Shown here: positions 1 to 10,094 of the stretch, piece by piece | Layout: every line of letters starts with the position of its first letter | Position numbering within the stretch: the first letter of the stretch is position 1 | NCBI GenBank assembly: GCA_963746845.1 | Contig: CAVVCZ010000009.1 | Span: forward strand, 1 to 64,000 | Reading direction: 5' to 3' | Source: an uncultured Chloroflexia bacterium | GTDB taxonomy: Bacteria; Chloroflexota; Limnocylindria; Limnocylindrales; CSP1-4 | Length of the DNA: 64,000 nt | Notes under the pieces: generated by a model | Told to the model about the DNA's origin: nothing | Database searches by the model: none | What the model saw: the letters and a program-made list of their open reading frames with translations, nothing else | Position numbers and translations under genes: made by a program

Positions 1-447
1 GACAGCGGGAACCTCCTGCCGGTCGACCCGACCCCGGCCACGATCGCATCCGGCCAGACCCCGATCGTGATCGATTGGTCCTACAACAACGGCGCCCAGA
101 CGGCGGTTCTCGCGCCGAAGGGCATCACCTGGAAGACCGTGATCCCGAGCGACGCGGCCCCCGTCGCCTCGTACTACAACGACGCGATCAACAAGGACGC
201 GGCACATCCCGCGGCCGCCCGCTGCTGGATGGAATACATCTATACCGACGCCGGCCAGAATGCCTGGCTGAAGGGCTTCGCCCTGCCGATCCGACTCGCG
301 GCGATGCAGAAGGCCGGAACACTCGACGCCACGGCGCTTGCCGCGCTCAATCCCCCGACGACCCCGCCGGTCCAGCTGACGCAGGCGCAGAGCGATGCGG
401 CAACGAAGTACCTCACCGACAACTGGAAGTTCATCGCCATCAAGTAG
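1..447 (+). CDS. ABC transporter substrate-binding protein (PotD/AfuA-like), 5'-truncated by window edge
   Basis: Frame 1 is open from base 1 (DSGNLLPVDPTPATIASGQTPIVIDW...). Motif AHPAAARCWMEYIYTDAGQNAWLKG. Precedes two permeases and an ATPase. Confidence 0.85.
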   Translation, partial: DSGNLLPVDPTPATIASGQTPIVIDWSYNNGAQTAVLAPKGITWKTVIPSDAAPVASYYNDAINKDAAHPAAARCWMEYIYTDAGQNAWLKGFALPIRLAAMQKAGTLDATALAALNPPTTPPVQLTQAQSDAATKYLTDNWKFIAIK

Positions 448-478
448 CAACGCAGGACAGTCGAACGGTGATGCCCGC

Positions 479-1411
479 GTGACCAATTCGGTCAGCGCGG
501 CCACGCCGCCCACGGCACAGGCAGCCGGCTCTACCTCCGGTAGGGCCGGCTCACGCCGTCTCCGGAAGGCGGGGAACTACCTCGCCCTCATCCCCTTCCT
601 CGGCTACGTCGGGATCTTCCTGATCCTTCCGACGCTTGTCGTGGCCGTCGGTGCGTTCACGACCGCGAGCGGAGGGTTCACCCTCGACAACGTGTCGCGG
701 CTGTTCACCGACGAGGTGTTCGTCAACGCGTTCGTTCGCTCGATCCAGCTCGCCGTGGCGACCGCGATCGCCGGGGCGATCCTCGGCGCAGTGCTCGCGT
801 GGGCGGTCGTCCGCGGCGATCCGAACGGCGTGTTACGCCAGCTGGTGATCGCCGCGTCGGGCGTCCTCGCCCAGTTCGGCGGCGTGATGCTCGCGTTCGC
901 CTTCCTGGCGACGTTCGGGTTCAACGGCCTCGCGACGCTGCTCTTCCGCGACATCCTCCACGTCGACCTCCTCACTGACGCGTCGTGGCTGTACAGCCTC
1001 GCGGGCCTCGTCGTCGTCTACACCTACTTTCAGATCCCACTCATGCTGATCGTCTTCCTCCCGTCGCTCGATGGGCTCCGCCAGGAGTGGTACGACGCGT
1101 CGGCAAGCCTCGGTGGGAGCGCCTGGTCGTTCTGGCGGAATGTCGGAGGGCCGATCCTGGCCCCGGCGTTCCTGGGATCGCTGCTGCTGCTGTTCACGAA
1201 CGCGTTCTCCGCCTACGCGACGGCTGCCGCCCTCGTCAGCCAGGGAAGCCCGATCATCACCCTGCAGATCGCCGACGCCATGCAGAGCGAGGTCGTCCTC
1301 GGCCAGGAGAACGTCGGCAAGGCGCTGGCCCTCGGGATGATCGTCGTGGTGTCGCTGGTGATGCTGTTGTACGCCTTCATCCAGCGGCGCGCCTCGAGGT
1401 GGGTCCAATGA
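479..1411 (+). CDS. ABC transporter permease (PotB-like)
   Basis: Multiple TM helices, EAA-like loop (WYDASASLGG). GTG start at 479 chosen over ORF-track 395. ATGA overlap with next gene. Confidence 0.88.
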   Translation: MTNSVSAATPPTAQAAGSTSGRAGSRRLRKAGNYLALIPFLGYVGIFLILPTLVVAVGAFTTASGGFTLDNVSRLFTDEVFVNAFVRSIQLAVATAIAGAILGAVLAWAVVRGDPNGVLRQLVIAASGVLAQFGGVMLAFAFLATFGFNGLATLLFRDILHVDLLTDASWLYSLAGLVVVYTYFQIPLMLIVFLPSLDGLRQEWYDASASLGGSAWSFWRNVGGPILAPAFLGSLLLLFTNAFSAYATAAALVSQGSPIITLQIADAMQSEVVLGQENVGKALALGMIVVVSLVMLLYAFIQRRASRWVQ

Positions 1412-2301
1412 CCGCGTCGCCCGGTGGCCCGCTCTCGGCCGCCGCGCCGCATGGCGGCGCCCTCGTCGCCCCCAAGGGACGCGGATCCGGCCGGCGCGGC
1501 TCCCGCCGTCAGCTCGGTGTCCGGATCGCGATCCTGGTCCTCGTGTTCGGCTACCTGGTCCTGCCGCTGTTCGCCATGCTCGAGTTCTCGACCCGTGGCA
1601 ACTACGGCAGCCGGACGCTGGATTCGTACGCCGCGATCTTCAGCAACCAGGACCTGATCGACGCAGTCACCACGTCGCTCGAGATCGCGGTGCTGACCGT
1701 CTTCGGCATGCTGCTCCTCCTCGTCCCGACGATGGTCTGGACGGTCGTCCGGGTCCCCGGCATGCGCCGCGTCGTCGAGTTCCTGTGCCTCCTGCCGCTC
1801 GCGATCCCCGCGATCGTCATCGTCGTCGGCATCGCCCCGATCTACCGCTGGATGGGCCAGCATCTCGGCGCGGTCGGGGCATCACCGCTGACGCTCGCCC
1901 TCATCGACATCATCCTCGTGCTGCCGTTCGCCTACCGGGCGATCGATGCGAGCCTCCGGTCGATCGACACGGCGACGCTCTCGGACGCCGCGCGCAGCCT
2001 CGGCGCCGGCTGGCCGCGGACGATCCTCCAGGTCATCGTCCCGAACATCCGCGGCGGGATCCTGTCGGCATCCGTCCTCGCGGTCGCGCTGGTCCTGGGC
2101 GAATACACGATCTCGTCGCTGCTGTCCTTCAACACGCTCCAGGTCGTCATCTACCTGCTCGGCAAGCGCGATCCGTTCATCTCCGTCGCGGTCGCCTTCG
2201 CCGCGCTGCTGTTCGCGTTCGTCCTGCTGTTCGTCATCACCCGCGTCGGAGCCGGCGGCGACCGCCGTGCCCAGGTCGAGAGCGAGGAGCCCGCCACATG
2301 A
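1408..2301 (+). CDS. ABC transporter permease (PotC-like)
   Basis: TM helices, EAA loop LSDAARSLGA. ATG 1408 overlaps the upstream TGA. Confidence 0.88.
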   Translation: MTASPGGPLSAAAPHGGALVAPKGRGSGRRGSRRQLGVRIAILVLVFGYLVLPLFAMLEFSTRGNYGSRTLDSYAAIFSNQDLIDAVTTSLEIAVLTVFGMLLLLVPTMVWTVVRVPGMRRVVEFLCLLPLAIPAIVIVVGIAPIYRWMGQHLGAVGASPLTLALIDIILVLPFAYRAIDASLRSIDTATLSDAARSLGAGWPRTILQVIVPNIRGGILSASVLAVALVLGEYTISSLLSFNTLQVVIYLLGKRDPFISVAVAFAALLFAFVLLFVITRVGAGGDRRAQVESEEPAT

Positions 2302-3368
2302 CCGCCGCGAGCGCAATCCCCATCGAGACCGGGCACGGCGTCGCCGTCGAGTTCGACGAGCTGCATCGCTGGTACGGATCCGTGCATGCGCTCAACGGGC
2401 TGACGATCAGCATCGCGCCGGGCGAGCTGATCGCCCTGCTCGGGCCGTCGGGCTGCGGCAAGACCACCGCGCTCCGCGCTCTCGGCGGGCTCGACGAGGT
2501 CGACCAGGGACGGATCCTCGTCGGCGGGAAGGAGATCACCAACGTCCCCGCGAACAAGCGGAACATGGGTGTCGTCTTCCAGGCCTACAGCCTCTTCCCC
2601 AACATGACGGCCCGCGACAACGTCGCCTACGGCCTGCGACTCCGCGGGATCAGCGGCGCGACCCGCAAGAAGAAGGCCGAGGACATGCTCGAGCTGGTCG
2701 GCCTCGGCCAGCAGGCGAGCCGCTACCCGCACCAGATGTCGGGCGGCCAGCAGCAGCGGGTCGCGCTCGCGCGCGCGCTCGCGATCGAGCCGAGCGTGCT
2801 GCTCCTCGACGAGCCGCTGTCGGCGCTCGATGCGAAGGTCCGGCGCCAGCTGCGCGAGGAGATCCGGCGCATCCAGATCATGATCGGGATCACGACCCTG
2901 TTCGTGACGCACGACCAGGAGGAGGCGCTGGCGATGGGCGACCGGGTCGGGGTGATGTCCGCAGGGCGTCTCGAGCAGATCGCCGCGCCGGCCGAGCTCT
3001 ACGACCGGCCGAAGACACGCTTCGTGGCCGAGTTCGTCGGATTGACCAACCGGATCCCGGGGACGGCCGCCAGCGGCGGCGTCGAGCTGCTCGGGACCCG
3101 CGTGCCATTGCTGGATGGCTCGGCGACGTCCGGTCCGGTCCAGGCCCTCGTCCGGCCGGAGGCGATCCGCATCGTCCCGGACGAGGCGGCCGACGCCCGT
3201 GTCGTCGCCGTCAGCTTCCTCGGTTCGGTCTGCCGGGCCCAGGTGGCCCTCAAGGACGGCACAATCGTCTTCGGTCAGCTGTCCGCGGCCGAGGCGGAGG
3301 GCCTCGCCCAGGGCACCGCCGTCCAGGTGAGCGTCGTGCCGTCACCCGTGTTCGCGGTCGCCGACTAG
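2298..3368 (+). CDS. ABC transporter ATP-binding protein (PotA/MalK family, C-terminal TOBE)
   Basis: Walker A GPSGCGKTT, signature MSGGQQQR, Walker B LLLDEP, H-loop VTHDQEEA. ATGA overlap. Confidence 0.93.
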   Translation: MTAASAIPIETGHGVAVEFDELHRWYGSVHALNGLTISIAPGELIALLGPSGCGKTTALRALGGLDEVDQGRILVGGKEITNVPANKRNMGVVFQAYSLFPNMTARDNVAYGLRLRGISGATRKKKAEDMLELVGLGQQASRYPHQMSGGQQQRVALARALAIEPSVLLLDEPLSALDAKVRRQLREEIRRIQIMIGITTLFVTHDQEEALAMGDRVGVMSAGRLEQIAAPAELYDRPKTRFVAEFVGLTNRIPGTAASGGVELLGTRVPLLDGSATSGPVQALVRPEAIRIVPDEAADARVVAVSFLGSVCRAQVALKDGTIVFGQLSAAEAEGLAQGTAVQVSVVPSPVFAVAD

Positions 3369-3384
3369 CCGCGGGGAGCCCGCG

Positions 3385-4752
3385 GTGGTGACCCGGATCC
3401 GCGAGCCGGCCCGATCGGTCGACGTCATCCACGAGACCGACGTGCTGGTCGTCGGCAGCGGACCGGGTGGGCTGTCGGCGGCGCTCGCGGCGGCCCGCGC
3501 CGGCGCCGCGACCACGCTCCTCGACCGCTACGGCTGCTTCGGCGGGAACATGACCCAGGTCGGCGTCGAGAGCATCGGCTGGTATCGCCATGAGCAGACG
3601 GTCGAGGCGAACGGCATCGGCCGCGAGTTCGAGGATCGGGCCGCGGCGATGGGCGCGGCCAACCCAGAGAGCCAGTCGCTGAGCATGGGGATCGATGGCG
3701 AACGGTTCAAGTTCGTCGCCGACGTGCTCGTCGAGGAGGCCGGCATCACGCCGATGCTCCACCGTCTGGCCGTGCAGCCGATCGTCGAGGACGGGGCGAT
3801 CCGGGGCGTCATCACCGAGAGCAAGTCGGGGCGCGAGGCCGTGCTCGCGAAGCGGGTCGTCGACGCCACCGGTGACGCCGACCTGGCCGCGCGGGCCGGG
3901 GCGCCGGTGCGCAAGACGCCACGTGAAGAGATGCTCGCCGCGTCGGTGATGTTCTCGATGACCGGCGTCAACAAGACGCGCTTCCTCGAGGAGGTCAAGG
4001 CCGATCCGCAGACGTACCGGGACTGGGCAGGCAACGCCGAGTGGGACATCGAGACCACCGGCAAGGAGGACGAGCTCTTCTCGCCGTTCCTCCGGAAGCC
4101 CTTCAAGAAGGCCGTCGAGGAAGGGCTGATCCCGCCCGGCCTGATCACGCTGGCCGGGACGTGGGGAACGATCACGGACACCGGCGACCTGACCTACCTG
4201 AACCTCGTCCACCTGTCGGAGGTCGACGGAACGAGCGCGGACGACCTGACCCGCGGCGAGATCGAGGGCCGCCAGCAGGCGATGCAGGCGATCAAGGCGC
4301 TGCGGGCGTTCATGCCGGGTTGCCAGGACGCGAAGCTTCGCAACTTCGGGATGACGATCGGGATCCGGGACACGAGGAAGATCGAGGCGCTGTACGACCT
4401 CACCGGCGACGACGTCCGCGAGCAGGGACGGTTCGAGGACTCGATCGGGATCTTTCCCGAGTTCATCGACGGGTACGGGATCCTGATCCTGCCCACGACC
4501 GGCCGCTACTACCAGGTCCCGTACCGATCGCTGGTGCCGAGGGGTGTCGCGAACCTCATCGTCGCCGGGCGGTCGATCGGCGGCGACAAGGTGTCGCACG
4601 CGTCCACCCGGAACATGATGTGCTGCACGGTCAGCGGCCAGGGAGCGGGGGTCGCGGCGGCCCTCTCCGCCCGGACGGATGCGCCCTTCGACCGGCTGGA
4701 CGTCGGGGCCGTCCAGATCGAGCTGCGGCGACAGGGCGTCCGCCTCGACTGA
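3385..4752 (+). CDS. FAD-dependent oxidoreductase (FAD_oxidored/PF12831-like)
   Basis: DVLVVGSGPGGLSAA dinucleotide-binding motif, VVDATGDADLA, C-terminal YQVPYRSLVP..NLIVAGR..GQGAGVAAAL. Confidence 0.85.
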   Translation: MVTRIREPARSVDVIHETDVLVVGSGPGGLSAALAAARAGAATTLLDRYGCFGGNMTQVGVESIGWYRHEQTVEANGIGREFEDRAAAMGAANPESQSLSMGIDGERFKFVADVLVEEAGITPMLHRLAVQPIVEDGAIRGVITESKSGREAVLAKRVVDATGDADLAARAGAPVRKTPREEMLAASVMFSMTGVNKTRFLEEVKADPQTYRDWAGNAEWDIETTGKEDELFSPFLRKPFKKAVEEGLIPPGLITLAGTWGTITDTGDLTYLNLVHLSEVDGTSADDLTRGEIEGRQQAMQAIKALRAFMPGCQDAKLRNFGMTIGIRDTRKIEALYDLTGDDVREQGRFEDSIGIFPEFIDGYGILILPTTGRYYQVPYRSLVPRGVANLIVAGRSIGGDKVSHASTRNMMCCTVSGQGAGVAAALSARTDAPFDRLDVGAVQIELRRQGVRLD

Positions 4753-4785
4753 ACCCCGGCGGCCGAGGGCCGATACCCTCCCGAT

Positions 4786-5842
4786 GTGACATCCCGGCTC
4801 GAACCCGCGCTCCGCCTCCGCGCGGGTGCCATCCTCGGGGCGTTCGTCGTCCTCCTGGCCGCCTGCGGCTCGTCGAACCCGTCGCCCCTCGCCGGAGGGA
4901 GCGACGCACCCGACGGCGCGACACCCGGCGCGTCGGTCGACACCGGGCCACCGGATCCGGCGTCGGTCGTCGCCGTCCAGCTGACGGGGCCGTGGCGCCG
5001 GACGCCGATCTACCTCGCCGACAGCCAGACGGCGACGATCTCGGACGCGTGCGCCGCCAAGGCCCGGGAGACGCTGGGCGACGTCGAGGCCAACCTGCCC
5101 ACGGCGGTGATCGACGCGAGAGGTGAGGGGTTCGCGACCGCGATCCTCGCCGACGGCACGGACGCGATCGACTGCCTCGCGAGGGTCGACGACGCCGGGA
5201 CGGTCACGGTGGACGCGGTGGATCGTCTGTCCGCGACCAGCTTCGATGCGCAGGACGGCGCGAAGATCGACGTCACCGAGGTCGCCCGCCTGGACGATCG
5301 GACCGGCGGGCGGACGATCGCGTTCGGGCGGGTCGGGCCGGACGCCTACCAGAGCAAGCTCTCGTTCGACGACGCGTCCGTCATGGTGGCGGCGCAGGGC
5401 AACGGCTGGTGGGCGGCGTGGTGGCCGGGCGTTCCCCGGGCGAGCGGCATCTCCGCGGTGGACCGGAAGATGCTGGTCATCGGCTCGGCGAAGGCGCCGC
5501 AGGCGGTGTTGGAGAACCGGACCGGCCCGGCGTCCTGGTGGGTCGACCCGACCGCGTCGGCACCGGCGGCGGACGCGACGGTCATCCACACCCGGGTCCT
5601 CGAGGAGGCGTGCGCGAGCGGGAAGAGCGGGCTGGACCCGCCTCGACCCACCGGACGTCGCCCTCACCGACACGACCGTGACGGTCACGCTGGCGATCCG
5701 CCGGCTCGCGGGACCGCAGGACTGCCAGGGCAACGAGCCGTTCCGGTACGACCTGGAGCTCCCGGAGCCGCTCGGAGCGCGTCAGCTGCTCGACGGCGGT
5801 GAGACGCCACCGCGCGACGCCATGAAGCCGCCGCCCGGCTGA
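4786..5842 (+). CDS. Putative lipoprotein (one frameshift near 5638)
   Basis: Lipobox LLAAC. N-part in ORF 4786..5802. After an extra C near 5638 the plausible C-terminus (RLDPPDVALTDTTVTVTL..QDCQGN..LPEPLGARQLLDGG) continues in ORF 5123..5842. Confidence 0.7.
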
Positions 5843-5876
5843 CCGGGCGCCGGGCGACGCTCACGCGCCCCGCGCG

Positions 5877-7182
5877 TCAGACGCCGAAGAGCTTCTCGAC
5901 CTCCAGGAGGCCGTCGGCGAGCCGGTCGATGTCGTCCGTCGTCGTGTAGACGCTGAAGCTGGCGCGCGCCGTGGCCGCGAGGTCCAGCCGCTCGTGGAGG
6001 GGCATCGTGCAGTGATGGCCGGCCCGAACCGCGATCCCGTAGCGGTCCAGCACCTGCGCGACGTCGTGCGGGTGGACGCCCGGGATGTTGAACGGGATGA
6101 CCCCGCCCCGCGCGTCCGGGTCGAGCGGGCCGTACAGCTGGATCGACGGGACCCGCGCGGGGAGCTGCTCCAGCGCGTATGCGACGAGCGTCCGCTCGTG
6201 CTCGCGGACCGCCTCCATCCCGATCGCCCGGAGGTAGTCCGCGGCCACCCCCAGCCCGATCGCGTCCCCCACGGCCGGCGTGCCGGCCTCGAACTTCCAC
6301 GGGATGTCGTTCCAGTCCGATCGGCGGAGGTGGACCTCGCGGATCATCTCGCCGCCGGCAAGGAAGGGCGGCATCGCCTCGAGCAGCTCGCGCCGGGCCC
6401 ACAGGGCACCGGAGCCCATCGGGGCGAGCATCTTGTGGCCGCTGAAGGCGTAGAAGTCGGCGCCGAGCTCCTGGACGTCCACCGGCACGTGCGGCACCGC
6501 CTGGGCGCCGTCCACGAGGACGAGCGCGCCGGCCGCGTGGGCCATCTCGACCATCTCGCGGACCGGGTTGATCGTGCCGAGCGTGTTCGACACGTGGGTG
6601 AACGCGACGAGCTTCGGGTGGAGCTCGAGGAGGACCTCGAAGACCTCGAGGCGGAGCAGCCCGTCGTCCGTGATCGGGATGAACTCGAGGTCGCCGTCCT
6701 GCTCCTGCACGAGGAGCTGCCACGGGACGAGGTTCGCGTGGTGCTCCATCTCGGTCAGGACGATCGCGTCGCCGCGCGAGATGTTCCGCCGGCCCCACGA
6801 GTAGGCGACGAGGTTGATCGCCTCGGTCGCGTTCCGGGTGAAGATGATCTCGCGCGCGTCGGGCGCGTTGATGAACGTTGCGACCCGTCGCCCTGGCCCG
6901 CTCGTACTCGGCCGTCGCCTTCTCGCCGATCGTGTAGATCCCGCGATGGACGTTGGCGTTGTACTCGCGGTAGTAGCCGTCGATCGCGTCGAGGACGACC
7001 TGCGGCTTCTGGCTGGACGAAGCCGAGTCGAGGTAGACGAACGGGTGGCCGTTGATCTCCTGCTGGAGGATCGGGAACTCGCGCCGGAGCGCGACCGGAT
7101 CCAGCCGCGGGCTCGCGGGCCGGCCCGCAGCGGCGTGGTCGCGCGCGGTCGCGGGTGTCGTCGGCTCGGCCTCGATCGCCAT
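5877..7182 (-). CDS. sufS: Cysteine desulfurase, SufS type (one frameshift near 6888)
   Basis: YLDSASSSQKP, ANVHRG, EHHANLVPWQ, DGAQ, FSGHKM (PLP Lys), RAGHHC (catalytic Cys). Split over two frames by one extra base. Confidence 0.93.
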
Positions 7183-7197
7183 GGTCGTGCTGCCCGC

Positions 7198-8134
7198 CTA
7201 GCGGGCGACCGCCGCGGGCTCGTGCAGGCCGGCAGCCACGTCGGCATCGTCCGCGTCGGCCGGGGCCAGCGGCACGAGCAGGGCCTCGTCCGACACATCG
7301 GTCTCCAGACCCGCCTCACGGAGGATCGGGCCGTAGCCCTCGTCCTCGAGGCGCAGGGCGAGGTCCTTGCCACCGCTCTTGACGATCCGGCCCTGGGCGA
7401 GGACGTGGACGACGTCCGGGGTGATGTAGTTCAGGAGCCGCTGGTAGTGGGTGATCAGGAGCACGCCGAGCTCGGGGTTGAGCATGGCGTTGACGCCCTC
7501 GGCCACGATCCGCAGCGCGTCGATGTCGAGCCCCGAGTCCGTCTCGTCGAGGATCGCGATCTGCGGCTCGAGGACGGCCATCTGGAGCATCTCGAGGCGC
7601 TTCTTCTCGCCGCCGCTGAAGCCCTCGTTGACGTACCGCGTCGCGAACGACTCGTCCATCTTCAGGAGGGCCATCTTCTCGCGCATCTTGTTCCGGAAGT
7701 CGCGCATCGAGACGCCGCCCTTCATCGGGTCGGTCGGGTCCACGTCGCCGGTCTTGTCGATGCCCTGGAGCTTCGCGTTGAGGGCGCTCCGGATGAAGCG
7801 ACGCCACGCTCAGGCCGGGGATCGCCGTCGGGTACTGGAAGGCGAGGAACATCCCGAGCCGGGCTCGCTTGTCCGGGCTGAGCTTCAGGATGTCGCGGCC
7901 CTGCCAGTGGACCTCGCCGCCGGTCACGACGTACGCCGGGTGGCCCATCAGCGCGTAGGCGAGGGTCGTCTTGCCGGAGCCGTTCGGGCCCATGATCGCG
8001 TGGACCTCGCCCTTGCCCACGTCGAGGTCGATCCCCTGGAGGATCTCGGTCTTCGGGCTGGCGGCCGGGGCGACGCGCAGGCCGCGGATGACGAGGCGGT
8101 CGGTCTGGTCGGTCGGGGTGGTCTGGTCGGTCAC
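7198..8134 (-). CDS. sufC: Fe-S cluster assembly ATPase SufC (one frameshift near 7798)
   Basis: [63 protein letters not shown] start overlaps the Rrf2 stop (GTGA). Confidence 0.93.
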
Positions 8135-8663
8135 GGGGCGGTCAAGGCTCCTTGGACGTCGTCGGGGCGGAGATCGTCGACGGGGACGAGGTGCTGGGGC
8201 ACGAGGTCGGCGAGGGTCATCGAGTCGAGCGCGCCGGAGATCGCGTCGCGGACGCGGACCCACAGGACGTTGACGGTGCAGCGGCGAGCTGCGGTCGCAG
8301 ACGAGGGCGTGCTCGGGGTCGTCGGTCGCGCAGATCATCGGGGCGATGCGGGCCCTCGAGGGCGCGGAGGACGTCGCTCATCCGGATCTCGGCCGGCGGC
8401 CGGGTCAGCTCGTAGCCGCCGTGGGCGCCACGGGTGCTGGTGACGAGGTCGGCATCGCGCAGGCTCATGACGAGCTGCTCGAGGTAGGCCCGCGGGAGGT
8501 CCTCGTCCGCGGCCATCTCGGCGAGGCTGGCCGGGCCGGTCCCGTACCGTCGCCCGAGCTGGACCATCAGGCGCACGCCGTACTCGCCCTTCGTGCTGAA
8601 GGCGACGGCGCCCGAGCCGTGGAACGTGGGGCGGACGTGCGGGGCGGAGAGTTCGGACGCCAG
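8131..8663 (-). CDS. Rrf2-family transcriptional regulator, IscR-like (two +1 frameshifts near 8348 and 8283; start codon uncertain)
   Basis: FSTKGEYGVRLM, YLEQL, STRGAHGGYEL, LRALEGP. After removing two extra bases: IAPMICATDDPEHALVCDRSSRCTVNVLW..DSMTLADL, three Cys. Only CTG 8663 is available as a start after an in-frame TAG. Confidence 0.85.
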
Positions 8664-8675
8664 GGGAGGGTGCCT

Positions 8676-8704
8676 CTAATCCCGAGTGATTTCGTCGGGA
8701 TTAG
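8676..8704. promoter_or_regulatory. Palindromic Rrf2/IscR-type operator
   Basis: CTAATCCCGA-gtgatttcg-TCGGGATTAG, perfect 10-bp arms with a 9-bp spacer. Overlaps the -10/+1 region of the Rrf2-sufC-sufS promoter. Confidence 0.8.
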
Positions 8705-8732
8705 TGTAGGCGGGCTCGACGCGGAGCGTCAA
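8703..8732 (-). promoter_or_regulatory. Sigma70-type promoter of the Rrf2-suf operon
   Basis: Minus strand TTGACG (8732-8727), 18-bp spacer, TACACT (8708-8703). Confidence 0.7.
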
Positions 8733-8755
8733 CGAGCGGCGGGAGCCCCGGACGA

Positions 8756-9529
8756 TCAGCCGTGCTCGATATCGATGTGGACGACGTAGAGCATCCGGCC
8801 GGCGCCGTCGGGCTGGGTCTGCTCGCCGGCCCGGATCCGGAGGACCTGGTCGCTGTCCGGCGCGACCTGGATGCCGAGCCCGTACGTGACGTGGCCCTCG
8901 AAATCCCCGGCGAAGCCGTAGCTCTTCAGGTTCTGGAACCCGATCGGGTTCTTCGGGGCGACCTTGATCGTCGAGGCGCCCGCGTCGTCGTGCGCCTGGG
9001 CGTGGACGAACCCGACCCTCAGGACGCCGTTGCCATCGAGCCGGATGGCCTTCCCGCTGCCCTCGGCGGTCAGGGCGCGCACGTACTGGAGGTTGTACTC
9101 GGGGAACGCGCCGCTGAACGCGAACGAGATCCGCTGGAACGGCGGGTCGGCCTCTGGGTGGTCACTCACGGTGATCGCCACGAGCGCCGGCAGCGGCAAC
9201 GCCGGCGGGGGCGCGATCGGGGCGTGCACATCGTGGACGACCGTGACCCTCCTCCCCGGGACCGCCCAGTCGTAGGTCACGTGGTACGGCGAACCGGACG
9301 GGGTCGGGTCGCTCGGCGCAGGCTCTGAGGCCTCCGAGGGCGCGGCCGAAGGCGAAGGGCTCGACGCGGGCGGGGCGGGTGCGCTCGATGCCGACGCCTC
9401 CGGCGCGGCTGACGCCGACGGGACGAGCGACGGCGCGCCGTTGGGCGACGAGCCCGCGGTTGCCGAGCAGGCACCGAGGACCACCAGCGTCAGGCTGGTG
9501 GCGGTGATCACGGTCTTCCAGCGCTTCAT
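8756..9529 (-). CDS. Secreted lipoprotein with Pro/Ser linker and AMIN-like C-terminal domain
   Basis: MKRWK..LVVLGAC lipobox, PS-rich linker, then FQRISFAFSGAFPEYNLQYV..GSGK..AGDFEGHVTYGLG. Confidence 0.7.
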   Translation of the reverse strand: MKRWKTVITATSLTLVVLGACSATAGSSPNGAPSLVPSASAAPEASASSAPAPPASSPSPSAAPSEASEPAPSDPTPSGSPYHVTYDWAVPGRRVTVVHDVHAPIAPPPALPLPALVAITVSDHPEADPPFQRISFAFSGAFPEYNLQYVRALTAEGSGKAIRLDGNGVLRVGFVHAQAHDDAGASTIKVAPKNPIGFQNLKSYGFAGDFEGHVTYGLGIQVAPDSDQVLRIRAGEQTQPDGAGRMLYVVHIDIEHG

Positions 9530-9635
9530 CGGTCGGGCTCCGAGACGTCGCGTACACCTCAAACACGAACGAGCCAACCCATTTGCACGGTAGCCCGTTG
9601 ATTCTCCCGCGCGAGCGCAGCCGTAGAATCCGGCG

Positions 9636-10094
9636 ATGGCCGATCGTCGTCCGCGATGGGACCCGGACCCGAAGGGGATCGGGATCGGTGACGCGTCGGC
9701 GATGGTGCCGACCCTCGACGGGCTTCGAGCGCAGGCGACCGAGCCGGGCTGGGTCGCCGAGGAGCCCGAGCAGCACCTGCTGCCCCACCTGGCTGAGGCC
9801 GCCGCGTCAACCGGCCGGCTCAGGATCGTGAGCGCTGGCTCGGACGAGACCGGCCGGTTTGTCGTCGACCTGGCCTGGACGGACGAGTCGGACCCCGACG
9901 GGCGCGGGATCCGACCCGCGCTCTTCGCGCTCGTCGGAGCGATCGCGGAGACGGCGACGGTGATCCGCGAGGCTCCCGGAGCGCGCGGTCGCGAGATCGA
10001 GCTCGTGACCGGGGTGCTGCCTCCCGCAACGCCCTTCGCCAGCCATGGCCACACCCTCCGGCTCCGGGTCGTCGACCCGCCGATCGAGGCATGA
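9636..10094 (+). CDS. Hypothetical protein
   Basis: 152-aa ORF with normal composition (WVAEEPEQHLLPH..FASHGHTLRL). TAGAAT lies 6 nt upstream of the ATG. Confidence 0.7.
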   Translation: MADRRPRWDPDPKGIGIGDASAMVPTLDGLRAQATEPGWVAEEPEQHLLPHLAEAAASTGRLRIVSAGSDETGRFVVDLAWTDESDPDGRGIRPALFALVGAIAETATVIREAPGARGREIELVTGVLPPATPFASHGHTLRLRVVDPPIEA

